Numbered from the stretch's first letter, positions 1-13,264 are shown. The stretch is 64,000 nucleotides of DNA from Octopus sinensis (GCF_006345805.1 NC_042998.1:89342001-89406000), one strand, 5' to 3'. A program made the numbers and translations. The notes: generated by a model from the letters alone, not told the origin.

Positions 1-812
1 TTCTTCTTAGGTAGAGCCTGTCAACATCACTGTTTCGGAAGAGGTTCTCAGTTGTTAGAATTTTGTGGGTTTTGATATCTATGGAGTGGATTTCCTCTAC
101 AGACCAATTAAGTATCCCAAATGTTGGGATCAGCACTGGTACTGCAAATGCATTGTGGGATATTGTTTTGTTGTAAGAGGAGAGTTCCGACTGCCATATT
201 TTCCTAAGTCTCGTATAATATCCTCGGGTCGCTCTATCTTTATTCACAGTGCCTTCATATGATACATTTTCATCTATGCCTAGGTACTTGTAACATTCTT
301 CGTGTGGAATGGGGGAATAGAGAGACCGTTGGTGCACAGGTTCTGGGTTTGGGGGATTGACGTCTCGTTCTATAACCAAATCAAAACACTTCTTTTGGAC
401 AATTTCCATGCCTATATCAGCTGAAAATGTTGTTATTAATTCCAGTTGTTTTTTGGCATAGTTAACACTTTTAGCATAAATTTTCAGGTCGTCTACAAAG
501 AAATTATGAGTTACATTGATAGTTGAAGATCTTAGCATGTAACCATTTGTTTTCTGCAGTAGGAACGATAATGGATTCACTGCCAAAATGAAAAGAAGTA
601 CAGAAAGATTATCTCCCTGGAATATTCCCTTTGTAATGCCTATACTATTTGAAACAATTATTCTGTTCTCAGTTGTAAGGGTAAGAATACTTGTCCATGT
701 CTTTGTGAGTCTCTCTCTATAGAAGCAATTAAGGTAGTAGGTACCTTTGTAAGATGTAGGCACTCCAACAGCCATGAATGAGGGATAGAGTCGAATGCCT
801 TCTTATAGTCAA
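1..812 (-). mobile_element. R4/Dong-like (RLE clade) non-LTR retrotransposon, decayed reverse-transcriptase fragment running off the window start
   Basis: Minus-strand translation gives RT motifs DYKKAFDSIPHSWL, KGIFQGDNLS, NFFVDDLKIYAK, FSADIGM, YKYLGIDE and AFAVPVLIPTFGILNW, with frameshifts between them. Confidence 0.85.
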
Positions 813-1400
813 CCCCACCAAGCTTGCTTGGTGAGGAAGGTGTTTATTGGACACCCTGCGGGATGAAAAACAAAACCCGTCAAAGGGCGGAGGAACTCTT
901 GAGAGTCAACGGCCATCAAATAAATGTGTAATTTTTTTCTTAAGGCTTAAGGCTGTATCATGCTCGGGGACATAGAAATAATCGGACTGAATCCTCGATC
1001 GCGCGGTTAAACCATTGGGAGTGAAGGACTCCTAGCCTTTGTCAGGGCATCCTTCTAGGAGAAGGTAACTCAGGTAACTGAGATAACTCCGACATAAAAC
1101 CTGCGGCTCAGTGGTTACCGATGATGTTGACTTGTTCTTCTTTTCGGATTATGGCTGCTGTTGCTTAGTGAGTGGGATTGACTCAGTGCACAGCCTTTCC
1201 TCACTTTAAAAAAAAATCTTCTTGCACAGGCATTGCACGATAACAACATTGTTCATGATTGTTGATGGTGCTGTGAGTCTCAACTGAATGGCTGGCTGTA
1301 GCCTTAAAAAGCAAATAAAAGTCACATTCGATCACAGCACCAATAACAGTTAAGCTTCGTGCAATGGCCATACTCGATAACGAGGGGGCAGCCATCATCA
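813..1400 (+). mobile_element. Bipartite non-autonomous RTE-derived retroelement (RTE 5'UTR joined to an RTE 3' tail)
   Basis: A second copy lies at ~58297-58740. It contains the RTE-5'UTR-like motif GGCATCCTTCTAGGAGAAGGTAACTC and ends in GCCATACTCGATAACGAGGGGGCAGCCATCATCAT followed by a microsatellite. No ORF. Confidence 0.6.
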
Positions 1401-1462
1401 TGTATGTATGTATGTATGTATGTATGTATGTATGTATGTATGTATGTATGTATGCATGTATG
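1401..1462. repeat. (TATG)n microsatellite
   Basis: Read directly from the sequence. Confidence 0.95.
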
Positions 1463-3259
1463 CTTGGACGCTCGCGCGTGTAACTCAAAAGCAAGACATC
1501 AACTCAGCCCTGAACGAGCAGATCTATGATGAAAGCCTTTCCATTCATTACCATCATCATTGTATTTCAGGCATAATCTAAGACTATCTTGTTCTATGCA
1601 TTTACCTTTTCAAGAATGTTAGTTTACAGAACTTTGGATTCTATCTCTAAGCAGAGAAGTACTAATTCATAGTATACATTGTTCATGGAGGTTCCCGTTT
1701 TTAGACAAGATATTTTCGTAGCTTGGCCTAAATTGCTGTAGATGTGAAATATAGGTGCATGTATTTGTGTTGTACTGGTTGTAGAAGCGAAGGGTAGATA
1801 CTGTTCGATAGGGATCCAAAACGTGAAATTTGTAATTTAGTGAATGTTTTTTTTTATATATGATCGACAATAAATAAAAAATAGGTCAGAATATAAATAT
1901 AGGTTTAATTCTTAGTTTTTGATAAGAGAATGGACAATACTGAAAGTAGTCTACATATGAAATGTGGGTGTTTATTTTTATTTTGAAATTAATCTAAAGT
2001 CATTCGCCTACTGATTACTTGTTCTACGTGTATAAAAAGTACTATAAATATGTCTTTTGTATATTACAACAAAAGAAGTATACAGACTGCAGTAGATGCG
2101 TGAAGCGAAACAATAGATCTGTAACATATCCTATGAGAGTCATGAGAGTGTAAATGTACATAAATTTGTATATTTAATAGTTAATTGTTTCAACTAAATA
2201 ATCGAAATTTTTGGGGACAACAATTATGTCAGCTGAACAGAACCCATGTGAATGTTTGACATTGTCAAATCATTGAAACACGGGATTGTATGGACACTCA
2301 TTAATCAAGGGACATACAGCGTACATATTTAGATTATAAAATAATTGTTCAGCTAACATTTTGTGGGAGACATTATTCTAAACTTATCTTCATTGCTTTG
2401 TATTAATGGTTTATTCGCGTGTCATATATTGATCGTGTTTCGAATATTATCATTTTAGTGAAATAATATTTTTCAGTAAACATTTCGATATTTCACAGCC
2501 TTCTAAAAACATACATTAAACTCAGTTATAAAGAGATCTTATCTATTTTACGAGGTCTTGTCTATTTTTGAGACCTTATTTCTTTACAATATATTTTAAG
2601 CAATATTCATGAAATAATACTGTTAATAGTTCACGCCTCGCCAAAATGCTTGCTTAAAAGACAAACGCAGTATTTTGTTGCAATGCGTCGATAAGATGAG
2701 GTTTAAAGAATTTGTGTATTTGTGTTATAAAGTTCACTTTATAAACATAAAGGCTCCAGAAAATTGGATTTAACATTTCATACTGATTTAGGGGTAGTTT
2801 TACAGTCACATTGGTTTTCGTATGTGTTTACTTAAGCTCCATTGAGGAATCTCTCATAGATGAATATATACACTAATCTTCATATATTATGGTGTCATTA
2901 ATATGCTAATATCACTTCGTCTTAAATAGGAATTTTAAAATGAGATAATACTCAGTACACTGAGTCGTTTTGCAGTGTTTCTGTTCTGCTACATAAATAA
3001 CTGCAATTTGTATGCTTCAAAGCTGGGTTTTAAATAAATTTCAGTGCCCAAACAATTTCTATTCAAATTTTCAATGGAATCATTTCGATAAAAACAGGAA
3101 ATAATACTTATTGGATCAATTAGCAAATACATTAATTGTTTCTAATATCAACTTAATAAAATAAAAATAAAAATTAGTTTTCAACGGACTGCCGGCTTTC
3201 ATTCTTTTACAACAAACTTTGTATATTACACACATAAGCGCGCACGGGCGCGCGCGCGG

Positions 3260-3292
<33 letters not shown>

Positions 3293-3399
3293 GCTTAGGT
3301 GCTGAGAGAGTGGGACAAAAAGAGGGAGAATGAGATAGACTACCGAGTGAGAGTAAATTTAATAAATTTAAAATTTAAGGGTTATTCTGTATATGGATG

Positions 3400-3489
3400 T
3401 ATGTGTGGCGTGCGTGCATGCGTCTTTGTACGTCTTTGTGTATGTGTGTGCGTGTGTGCATGCGTATGTGTGTATCTGTACATGCGTGC

Positions 3490-3552
<63 letters not shown>
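3400..3552. repeat. (GT)n microsatellite, degenerate then pure
   Basis: Read directly; explains the CV/HT ORFs at 3299-3604. Confidence 0.95.
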
Positions 3553-3553
<1 letters not shown>

Positions 3554-4674
3554 ATTCACAGAGTTGAGACGTTGAAAGAAACATTGACAGATCAATTAGA
3601 ATAAATTAATCAGCGCATAAGTGCAAGAAATCTGAGAAACAAGACTTTTAATTGAGAACCTTTTGTCCGACGTAATATTTCAGGTCGGCCCCTCAGGTAT
3701 TGGTGAAATATATATGTATATAAATCTGTGTGTGTGTGTGTGTAACCACCATGGCACTAAGGGAACACAGGACCTTACTCGTCAGCTCATACCATCAATG
3801 TTGTTAGGTACTTAGCGCTCTCTAAAGCTGAAACTATTAAGTTACTCAGTATAAAGAGACGCTCTATAATCACCCTTCTGTTTTAAATCGATGTAAACTT
3901 AACTTAGATGTACAAACACAGATCACAAGCATATATAAATGCGAATGCGCACGATTTCCAGCTGGCCGAACGAAAAATTTCTTTCTCAGCTCCTTCCTTT
4001 CATGTCATTCGTGCTTATCTTATCGACATTTATTTATCAGACCTGCAGGTTGAAGTTAGAAGCTTCGTTGGCTCACTCCATTTACATTTTCTGTTCTTTT
4101 CATCTTTTTTGTTTGTTTCGGTAAGGCATAGCCATCACAACTCTTATTTCCCATCAACATAAGTCATTATTTTATACTGAGCTCGGGTAATACTGATTAT
4201 AAATGGTTCCACAGAAGACACGCGTATATGATAATTGTGTGAAATGTTCTCATGCCAATCATTTTAGAAGAGAAATACCAGAGCTAACAAGATATTGGAT
4301 TACTTGCATATGGGTCATCAGATTCAAACCTCAGTAACTGCTTTCCTCTGTTTTTGGACAGGAATTGAAAGTTACATTCCGTAATTTTATTTAGATCTGA
4401 GAAAGCAGTAACATAATTTTTTTACGTTAATTATCATCCTGTTGAAGGTGAGGCTATTTTTTATCGTTCACTAAAAGAACCGGAATTGATCTTCGTTTCA
4501 TTGTACCTAGAGTAGCTATTAACACTTTCTTTTTAACTTTCATATTTGACAAGTAGATTAAAATTCAAACTTTAGTTGCAAATGCTTGTGTCTACAGTAG
4601 GTGTTCAAAATCAATAAATTAATTTGAAACTATATAACACATAATAACACCGTTTAATATTTTGTTACTCTGAT

Positions 4675-4886
4675 GCGGCGAACTGCCAGAAACGTTAGCA
4701 CGCCGGGCGAAATGCTCAACAGTATTTCGTCTGTCTACGTTCTGAATTCAAATTCCGCCGAAGTCGACTTTGCCTTTCATCCTTTCGTGTTCGATAAATT
4801 GAGTACCAGTTGCGTACTGGGATCGATCTTGCGTACTGGCCCCCTCCTCCAAAATGTCGGGCCTTGGGCCTAGAGTAGAAAAGAAT
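4675..4886 (+). mobile_element. SINE, family A (Meta-domain-like core GCCTTTCATCCTTTCG.G.TCGATAAAT.GAGTACCAG)
   Basis: Homologous copies recur at 8458-8545, 17120-17255, 18776-18911, 36981-37186, 38492-38705 and 45773-45980. Confidence 0.8.
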
Positions 4887-6924
4887 ATTTTGTTACACTA
4901 AATTATTTAACCATTCGAATCCATAAGCAATTTTTATCTATCATTATTATATTTTTCATTACACAAGTCGTGGACCAACTAATTGTAATCCTTTATAGTC
5001 GATTTAATTGATTCTACACTTGCGTCAATAAGAACTGTTGCAGTAACAGTTCGTTCCTCTACCCAGGTAGTGGAAGGATGAACTATAGAATACTCAAAGT
5101 ACTACTTTTGTTTTGGTACTGTACCACTATCTTTGTTTATTGATTATCCATCATTCTTGTAGTTTAGAATTCATCCTGTTTTTCATAACATTGAAAAGGA
5201 TAACTGGCTATTGAAAAATCATTGTTTCTGTAATAAATTTATCACTCTCCTTACAAGTTAATGAATTATTTACCAGTTATAAAATTGCATTATCTGCCAC
5301 TAATACTTGGTTGCATTGAAGTAAATTGCGCCATTTTACATCTAAATGCTTTGGCCACGAATCAGATCATTGTTCGCGATGCAATGTAAAAGTACATTTG
5401 AGTTAATCATACAAGAGAATCATATATGGTTTTCATGGGAACTGATAATATGTATTTCTGAATTAGCTACTATATACCGGTTTTATGACAGAAAAATATC
5501 TTGTTAAATTTGATTGTCTGAGATTAAATGGAATTACACAAATAACTTATTTAAAGATATATCTTTAATGATATGTCCAGTTAATTAAAAACATGTACTA
5601 GTAAATAGGTATTGTGATGAGTAGTACAAAAATAAGGCGCTTATCACACCTCTCTGTAATATATAATTGTCAGCACTGACAAGGCATGTTTGATCATTCG
5701 CAAAGTACCGCGAGGAAAGGTTTGGTCGGAATTAACGGAAATATTTATTTCAACCTATTTTATTCGTGTGTTGTATGAGAGGTAAAGTAATGTAGTTGTC
5801 TCATTCTTATGTGATCTATACATTTCAGTAAAACATCATACCTACAAAGTCAGAATGAAACAAAGCGGTCCAGCACATAATCAAAGACGCTTCTAGAATC
5901 AGTTTTTCAGGGGTTCAATCTGATTTTACGCCTTCCCAACTTTGTAATATTAGGGTCTAAGTTCATCAAATAAGTGTACAATATTGAAGATGATATATTC
6001 TTAATAATTTTGCGTGGGGAAGTCCACGATCCATATTCTATTAAACAACCAAGAGAATAAAAGGTAAATTGAACTTATGACTCTTCTTGAACATGCAGTA
6101 TATTATTTATATTTAGCTTATCAACGGCAAGAGAACAATTAATTTTGTCTCAATTTCTTTTTAGTAATTGACTTCAGAAGTATCAATTTATATCTTCATT
6201 TAGTTTATTTTTAGTGGCGAATCTGACTGTTGTATTACTGTCTGAAACCTAACATTTTGTGCTGAGTCACGATCTAAATGTATAGTAGATTATTCCCCTG
6301 AATTTGCTATTACGGCTTTTATATTTGAATGTGTATCTGCAGCTGAGTACAACTTTCTACTTTGATCACGAATTTAGCGACATGCCTACAGACGTATATT
6401 GCAACCAGTCGCTTTTGGCAGCAGTTGATTGACACCAATATATATGAAAAGAACAGTAATATTTTTTGCAATAAAATAGAAAGAGAATATTCAAAAACTT
6501 TTTAGAAACTCACACGTATAAATATACAATTTCATCTCCCAAAAGAGATGCCTTGAGACAAGCAGAGTCTAGACTGGAGGCATGCTGTTAAGGTCTCCCC
6601 TCAATGTGCCCTCTAAATTTTGCTGTGGATGTGTGCAAAAATGTTCAAATTTTTTTTCATTGCGAAGTATGAGTGCATTCATGGAAGCAACCATTTTCAA
6701 TTTAAAACATTAATTTCATCTTAAAGATTTTGTGCGTTTGATCGCTAGTACAACTTGTGCGTGTGTCCAAGCGGATGGTTTAGAAGGGACATCGCTCTCA
6801 ACCCGTATCCTTTCTACTGACATTGTTTTACTTCCATAAATCATTTATTAGTCTGTGTGAAATAGATTTCGCACACAGACTTATAAATGTTTTAAGGGTA
6901 GCTTACTTTAACATTTAGATCATA

Positions 6925-8097
6925 CGAGGTGGTATCAAAAAGTTCCCGGACTTGTTATGTTTCATAAAAAATAACTTATTTACCTAAGTTTTAATATCAT
7001 CTTCGAAATAGTCTCCTTGCGCAGCACTACACCGGTCCCAGGCTTCCTGACAACAGTGTTGAAATGGTGACATTTTCATCTTGCGTTTTCATCTTGGGGA
7101 AGAGATGGAAGTCCGCAAGTGCTAAATCTAGCGAATAGGGCGTGTGTGGAAGCGATACCATATTGTTTGCTGCGAGAAATTCTCGAGTGAGGAGAGGTCA
7201 GTGACAGGGTGCACAGTCGTCGTGAAGAATCCAATTCTTCGCGCTCCACAGATCCGGTCGCTTTTGCCGAATGCCCTCCCTCAAACGCTCCAAAACGTCG
7301 CAGTAGAATCCTCGATTGACGATCTGGCCCTAGGGGACAAATTCTCGATGCACAATACCGTAGATGTCGAAATAGAATAACGATGAATATGCTCTTGATT
7401 GAGCTGCGGCTCTGTCGTGCTGTCTCCGATCGTGGAGACGACGGGCTCTTCCTTTGTGATGACTGCTGCTTCGTCTCGGGTCTTACCCGTAGACCCAACT
7501 CTCGTCACTGGTAATGGTTCTCGAGATACAGGTCAGCTGGCGGGGTCAAACTTGGCAGAGACACGCTGCATGTTCAATTCAGATGTTAGGATTGCTTGCA
7601 CAGACCCATACGACAGACCCACATCATCAACGTCGTTGATTGTCCTCCGATGCTCCTCATCCATATACTGATGAATTTTTTCCCTGTTTCCGTGGGTGAT
7701 GCTTGTGGAAGTTGTTCCAGAGAACTCATCGCCTTCCAACGATGTTCTTCTGCTTTTGAAGAGCCAGTGTTACCTGAAATATTGCCGCGACCTATTGCCT
7801 CGATGCCGTAAACTTGCTGAAGAATGTGCGATTTCTCTGTAGCAGGCTTCTCGAGTTTAACGCAAAATTTCACGTTGGCTTTTTGTTCCAACTTGCTGGC
7901 CATGACACAATCGCAGACTGTAGTATACACGTGATTATAAAAACACAAATTTCACAACTTGCAAAGTAAACACAGCGATGTCACTCGGCAGACTGCCTCA
8001 TGAAGGTCACTGCTAGTTATTTACTGCGCACGCAACCGTATGCTGGCATCTTTTGGCGCGCTATAGAACTAGTCAGGAAAATTCTGATGCCATCCCG
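6925..8097 (-). mobile_element. Mariner (Tc1/mariner) DNA transposon with disrupted transposase
   Basis: Imperfect ~27-bp TIRs (CGAGGTGGTATCAAAAAGTTCCCGGACT and its counterpart at 8071-8097), with TA on the left flank. Minus-strand peptides: MASKLEQKANVKFCVKL (ATG at 7903), TSDESWVYG*DPETKQQSSQ, LHDDCAPCH and HTPYSLDLALADFHLFPKMK (YSPDLAP motif). Confidence 0.92.
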
Positions 8098-9383
8098 TTT
8101 ACACACATCTACTTAGAAAACTATACACAAATTTAAATCTATACTTCAGTTTATCTACTACGCATATTACTTTGTTACAGATACTTCTTTTCTCACCATA
8201 TAATTTATGTTACAAAAGCGTAAGCTTGATGGATATGAAAAATGCAGCATTCCTAACTTATATTATTCTTTACTAATTAATATGATAATGTCCAATAAAT
8301 TGGTGAAACCCAGTGAAGAATATAATGCGACATACAGTAGCCAACGACGTATGTAAAAATACCGCAACGTACGTAATTCACGCACCATAAAAATTTCAAT
8401 ATGCAATTACAAAATATGAAATTATGAAGGGTGAGTTAGCTTTTCATCCTTTCGGGTTTGATGAAAAAAGTACCAGTTGAACACCGAAGTCGGTGTAATC
8501 GACTAGCCCTTCCCACTAGAACTGCAATTCTTTTAAAATTTGAAACCATTGTTACACATACACCGGGAAACCAGCATATAGATTTGTCAAAACGATAAGG
8601 AACAACACTCCAGGAGGTAAGCAGTTCTTATCCTGCCATCAACATTGTATTTTGACGAAAGTGAAAACATTCAATTCTTAAATAACTCAGTTCAAAGAGT
8701 TGTAAAAGCCATAAAGGAACAAGATAAATGATTTAAGCAGCAGCAACGTTATGAAATTCTAACTTCCACATGCAGCATATTGAAGTATGTGAGAACCGAC
8801 CACAAGTCTTTAAACGCTGCTCGCGTGAAGACTTGAAATTACTGGCAAAAACATGTTACACGCTGATAACGATACCATATGTATATCTATATGTATATAG
8901 TAGTATGGGAGAATGGGGAAGAAGTTCACTTCTCAAATACGTGGTCCAGAAATGCGCTTTGGGGCGGCTCATATATTTCAGTTAAAATTGGGTAGGTGGA
9001 AACTATAAAATCCTGTCAAGTGGAATGTATCTATGTTCAAAAGGTACGGTCTTGTCAAAGATTGTGTCACAATGATTGTTTGAAAATTACGTTTTTATTA
9101 CACGTGTTTGAGAATTATGTAATCACTCATTCATTTATTGAAAAGCAAATTAAGTTGATTGAACAAAAAAATCTTCATCGCCAAGAGACGGAGACTTACC
9201 GATGTGTGTGTGTGTGTGTGAGTGTGTGTGTGTGTGTATGCACGGTGCTAGTGCATGTGTGTGGGTGTGTATGTGTGTGCGGTGCGTGTGTGCATACGTG
9301 AGTGCGTATGTGTGTGTGTGTGTCTGTGAGAGAGAGAGAGAGAGAGAGAAAGAGAAAGTGTGTGCGTGTATGTGTGTATTTAT

Positions 9384-9851
9384 TTGTAGGTTGTAAATTA
9401 TTAGTATTTTTGTGAGAACTTTCTGCTGGTTGATTGGTGAGAGAGAACAAGTATGGCCAGGTGAGAGAAAGCTGCATGTTACAATGCAAAGAAGGTGGCG
9501 TGATTACGTACAACAGGTGATGTAATGTGAGCAGAGCGGGTAGAACCAGAATAGTTGTCTGCATAACAAATACAAGTCTCCTGATATTTTTGCTATTTAT
9601 CCTCAAGCGACAAGAAAGTCATACGTTTTCCCGTCATAAATCTAAATGTTTACATTGCTAACAAGAAGTAAAATAAAATAAAAATAAATTCAATAAAAAT
9701 TTGTAAAAACACATTAAAAAAAAGCAAGAGTATTTAGTTGTATGTGTTTCTGATTTCATGAGAAAGGAAGTTCAAAAACTTTACTATAGTCAATAGTATG
9801 TCATTTACTGTGCATATTACGAATTTTAGATCAGTGCGTTTGAAATACAAC
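9384..9851. repeat. Locally triplicated non-coding module, copy 1 (conserved core 9384-9662)
   Basis: Aligns to 11002-11467 and 12454-13330. Invariant blocks: TGGTTGATTGGTGA, GTGGCGTGATTA, TACAAGTCTCCTGATATT, TGCTATTTATCCTCAAGC, CCGTCATAAATC. Confidence 0.9.
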
Positions 9852-11001
9852 TTTCCTTTCAGTTTTCTTCCAGCTACAATAAGCATATCTGTATTTTTCA
9901 CTTTAATGTTTTTTCTTCTTAATTATCATTCTTTAACTTTCTTTCCTTCTGTCATTTTCATAGCATTTATTCTTTTTATGTACTCGTTACTGAGTTTTAT
10001 ATTTTTATTAGAAGACAACTAATCTTGTCTTCAAATGGTGGGAAGCCAGAGGTCGATTGGTCAGCGAGAAATAGAATACCACTCTCCACGACCTAATATC
10101 TTGATACAAAAAAAAATGACCCGCCGGCTAAGATACATAGAGATACTTTATACATGAAAGAAAAGGGACTACTGTCTTTATAGCCAAAACATTTACTCTA
10201 CCTAAACCTAACCATATACCATGAGGCAGATATAAATTCTTAAAGAAATAGCCATAGCTGACATGACAGGGCTTTTATTCTACATCTGCCCGATCACAGT
10301 GGATCTGGAGGTAAGCAAAATCAACTGCAACAACAAAGGTGAAATGAAAGTTGTTTATGTTCAGACTCTGGGATGTACTGAGCTTATAACCAAATGGTTT
10401 ATATCACTTAACCATAAGCATATACTTTTAAGCAGGAATAAAGTCTCACTGCTTACAGCGGCAAAAGTAGAAGATTCTGCAATGTTTCAATGTCTGTAAG
10501 CAAAGCATGGTGAAAATTATCCTAGAAATACTACCTACTGACGAAATTTTTTACCCATTACATGACGGGACTCACTATAAATTTCATGTAGCAAACTCAA
10601 CGAAGTAAGAACGTATTGAATATCTTACTCAATACGTATAAAGTAATCTATACAATTCAGATCTAGCATATTTGATCACCTAATATTGATTTCTTTGATA
10701 TATTTTTTCTTCAGTTTACTAATACGCTATATACAGAACACATTCATACACACATGCATGCATATATATACACGTGTGTGCACATACATATGTGTAAGCA
10801 TTTATATGCATATATAGATATGGTATCCATAAATATATGTACGAATATATGTATCTACGTGTGCGTGTTATGTATCTACTTATGTGTTATGTGCGTATGT
10901 TTGTGTGTGCGTGTGTGTATGTGTGTGTGTGTGTGCGTGTGTGTGTGTATGTATGTGTGTGTGTGTTTTTTTTTCTATTGTTGATGACAGTCATATCCCA
11001 A

Positions 11002-11467
11002 TTGTAGGTTGTAATCTATTACTATTTCGATGTGAGAACTGTATATTGGTTGATTGGTGAGAGAACAAATATAGCCAGGTGAGAGATAACTGCATGTTAC
11101 AATGCAGAAAAGGTGGCGTGATTAAGTACAGTAGGTGTTGTAATGTGAGCAGAGCGGGTAGAACCAGAATAGTTGTCTGCATAACAAATACAAGTCTCCT
11201 GATATTCTGCTATTTATCCTCAAGCGCAAGCAAGTCATACGTTTTCCCGTCATAAATCTAAATGTTTACATTGCTAAACATAAAGAAAGAAATGAAACAT
11301 AAATGAATATAAAAATTAGTTGAAGTTTGTTTAAGTAAACAAAATGTCGTTAATGTGCGAGTCTCTTATTTTATGAGAAATGAAGTTTGTAATCTTTGCT
11401 CTCTCAACAGAATGTCAATTATGTTATATTAAAAATTTAATACCTGTGCAAGTGTTTGAAATACAAC
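11002..11467. repeat. Triplicated non-coding module, copy 2 (core 11002-11278)
   Basis: Very similar to copy 1, with small non-triplet indels. Confidence 0.9.
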
Positions 11468-12453
11468 CAGCCTTTCACTCCAGCGTCTGGACCATAGGCA
11501 TTCTGCCAGCTCTCTACCTTTTCTACAGTTATTATGATGTTCTCTTGTGCTTCGGGCTGGCTGAGTTCACACCGCAACTACTAACTCACATTGCTCCTTC
11601 TTTTATCACCTTTCTTGAGTCCAACTATCCCCACCAAGTACTCAACAAGTCACTTCGGCCGGATCTTCTTTCTCAGAACGTCGGCCCACCAGAATTCTCT
11701 CTGTGCCCATATCTTTCGTACGTGTTTGGAATTACACATTTTCAAGAAAGGCATTAATGGTATCAATATCAATACACTAAGAAGGCCTACAAAAGCTATG
11801 GCACTGCACTTTTCTTGAGATACACCAAGTAAAGACAAAAAACTTTTATTCTGCCAAAGCAAAATCAACAGTAACATCACAACTAGGACGTTATTGGAAT
11901 CGTGTTCTTACTTTGGGACTATGTTGTGTTCATTCATGTTCAATGGGTGTATTCCAACTAATCTCATACTATAATGCAGAAATAGCTAGTTCATCATTGC
12001 TTATAGCGATAATACTATCCAACTCAAGGATTTCATCGGCTGATAATGTTGAAATTACTATATATGGATATAGTGTGAGGGAGCTGGTCCTAAAACTAGT
12101 ATTCACAAATAAAGTTTTGGCACAATAGATTAGGGGTTACTATCTTTTCCCAATTGATTTTAAAACCTAATTTCCAATTTCTATTCCTAAGGTAAAATAC
12201 TAAGAACCTTGTTCAACATTCCATATTTGATTACCAAGTGTTCATATATTTTCAATTAATTTTTTCCTAAATATTGTATCCGAAGATACTATATATGTAT
12301 ACACGCGCATGCGCACACATATATATACACACGCACACTCACACTCACATACATGTATATACGTATGCATATGTATGTACCTACGTACGCATCTGCGTAT
12401 GTGTACTCGTTTCTATCCTTGTTGAGAGTCATGTCGCAAAAAGAGATGCTGAA

Positions 12454-12704
12454 ACTATTTTTGACGTGAGAACTGCTAGTTGGTTGATTGGTGAAGGTCT
12501 ACAAGTGTAGCCCTGTCTGAAATACTAGCATGTTACGATGGCATGATTAAAGTGGCGTGATTAAGTGCAATAGGTGATGTAATAGGAACATAACGGATAG
12601 AACTAGAATAATATCCTGTATAACAATTACAAGTCTCCTGATATTTTGCTATTTATCCTCAAGCAACAAAACAATCACCGTCATAAATCAAACTTTTTAC
12701 GCTA
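12454..12704. repeat. Triplicated non-coding module, copy 3 core (more diverged; flank continues to ~13330 across a SINE)
   Basis: Same invariant blocks in the same order and spacing, with diverged sequence between them. Confidence 0.85.
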
Positions 12705-12857
12705 CTATTCTGAAATAAAAGGAATTATAACAAATTGGAAAAGTACAGGACTATAAAAATTAATTAAATGCTCGATAAAATAAAGAAAAGAAACTTTTGG
12801 TTGCAAAACTCTGATTTTATAAGCATGCGATACGTATTAGTATACTTTATATTGAGA

Positions 12858-13264
12858 TACTCTTTTACTCTTTTACTTGTTTCAGTCATTTGACTGCGGC
12901 CTTGCTGGAGCACCGCCTTTAGTCGAGCAAATCGACCCCGGGACTTATTCTTTGTAAGCCCAGTACTTATTCTATCGGTCTCTTTTGCCGAACCGCTAAG
13001 TGACGGGGGCGTAAACACACCAGCATCGGTTGTCAAGCAATGCTAGGGGGACAAACACAGACACACAAATATATACACACACACTTATATATATATACAT
13101 ATATACGACAGGCTTCTTTCAGTTTCTGTCTACCAAATCCACTCACAATGCATTGGTCGGCGCTATAGCAGAAGACACTTGCCCAAGATGCCACGCAGTG
13201 GGACTGAACTCGGAACCATGTGGTTGGTTAGCAAGCTACTTACCACACAGCCACTCCTGCGCCT
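12858..13264 (-). mobile_element. tRNA-derived SINE, family B (Octopus OK/OR-like), full length, with target-site duplication
   Basis: Minus-strand head AGGCGCAGGAGTGGCTGTGTGGTAAG...GTTCAGTCCC (A/B boxes), an internal microsatellite and a (GAGTAAAA) tail. The 12-bp TSD TAGTATACTTTA is at 12838-12849 and 13268-13279. A second copy lies at 60160-60664. Confidence 0.88.

Noticed and set aside
1073-1152. Twister ribozyme suggested by TAACTCCG in the RTE-derived element
   Set aside because: The other twister core elements (CCGGTCCCAAGCCCGG-type segment and pseudoknot partners) are absent.
6754-6776. CTTGTGCGTGTG resembling the 5' end of miR-210
   Set aside because: The 3' half diverges from miR-210 and no proper precursor hairpin places it on an arm.
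9517-9584. Box C/D snoRNA reading of the triplicated module (GTGATGT...CTGA, ~68 nt)
   Set aside because: The C box is non-canonical and mutated in copy 2 (GTGTTGT), there is no consistent terminal stem, I recognise no rRNA/snRNA target, and conservation extends far beyond it.
9196-11182. Paralogous minus-strand ORFs MQTTILVLPALLTL... (9196-9606, 10991-11182) as a small secreted peptide family
   Set aside because: Copy 3 lacks the ATG, and the conserved blocks extend outside the ORF and contain non-triplet indels. The similarity is explained by DNA duplication. Not fully excluded without ribosome profiling.
11470-12220. Insert after module copy 2 with several ORFs
   Set aside because: No recognisable domain apart from a faint LINE-RT-like VLGP word; probably decayed TE, too weak to call.
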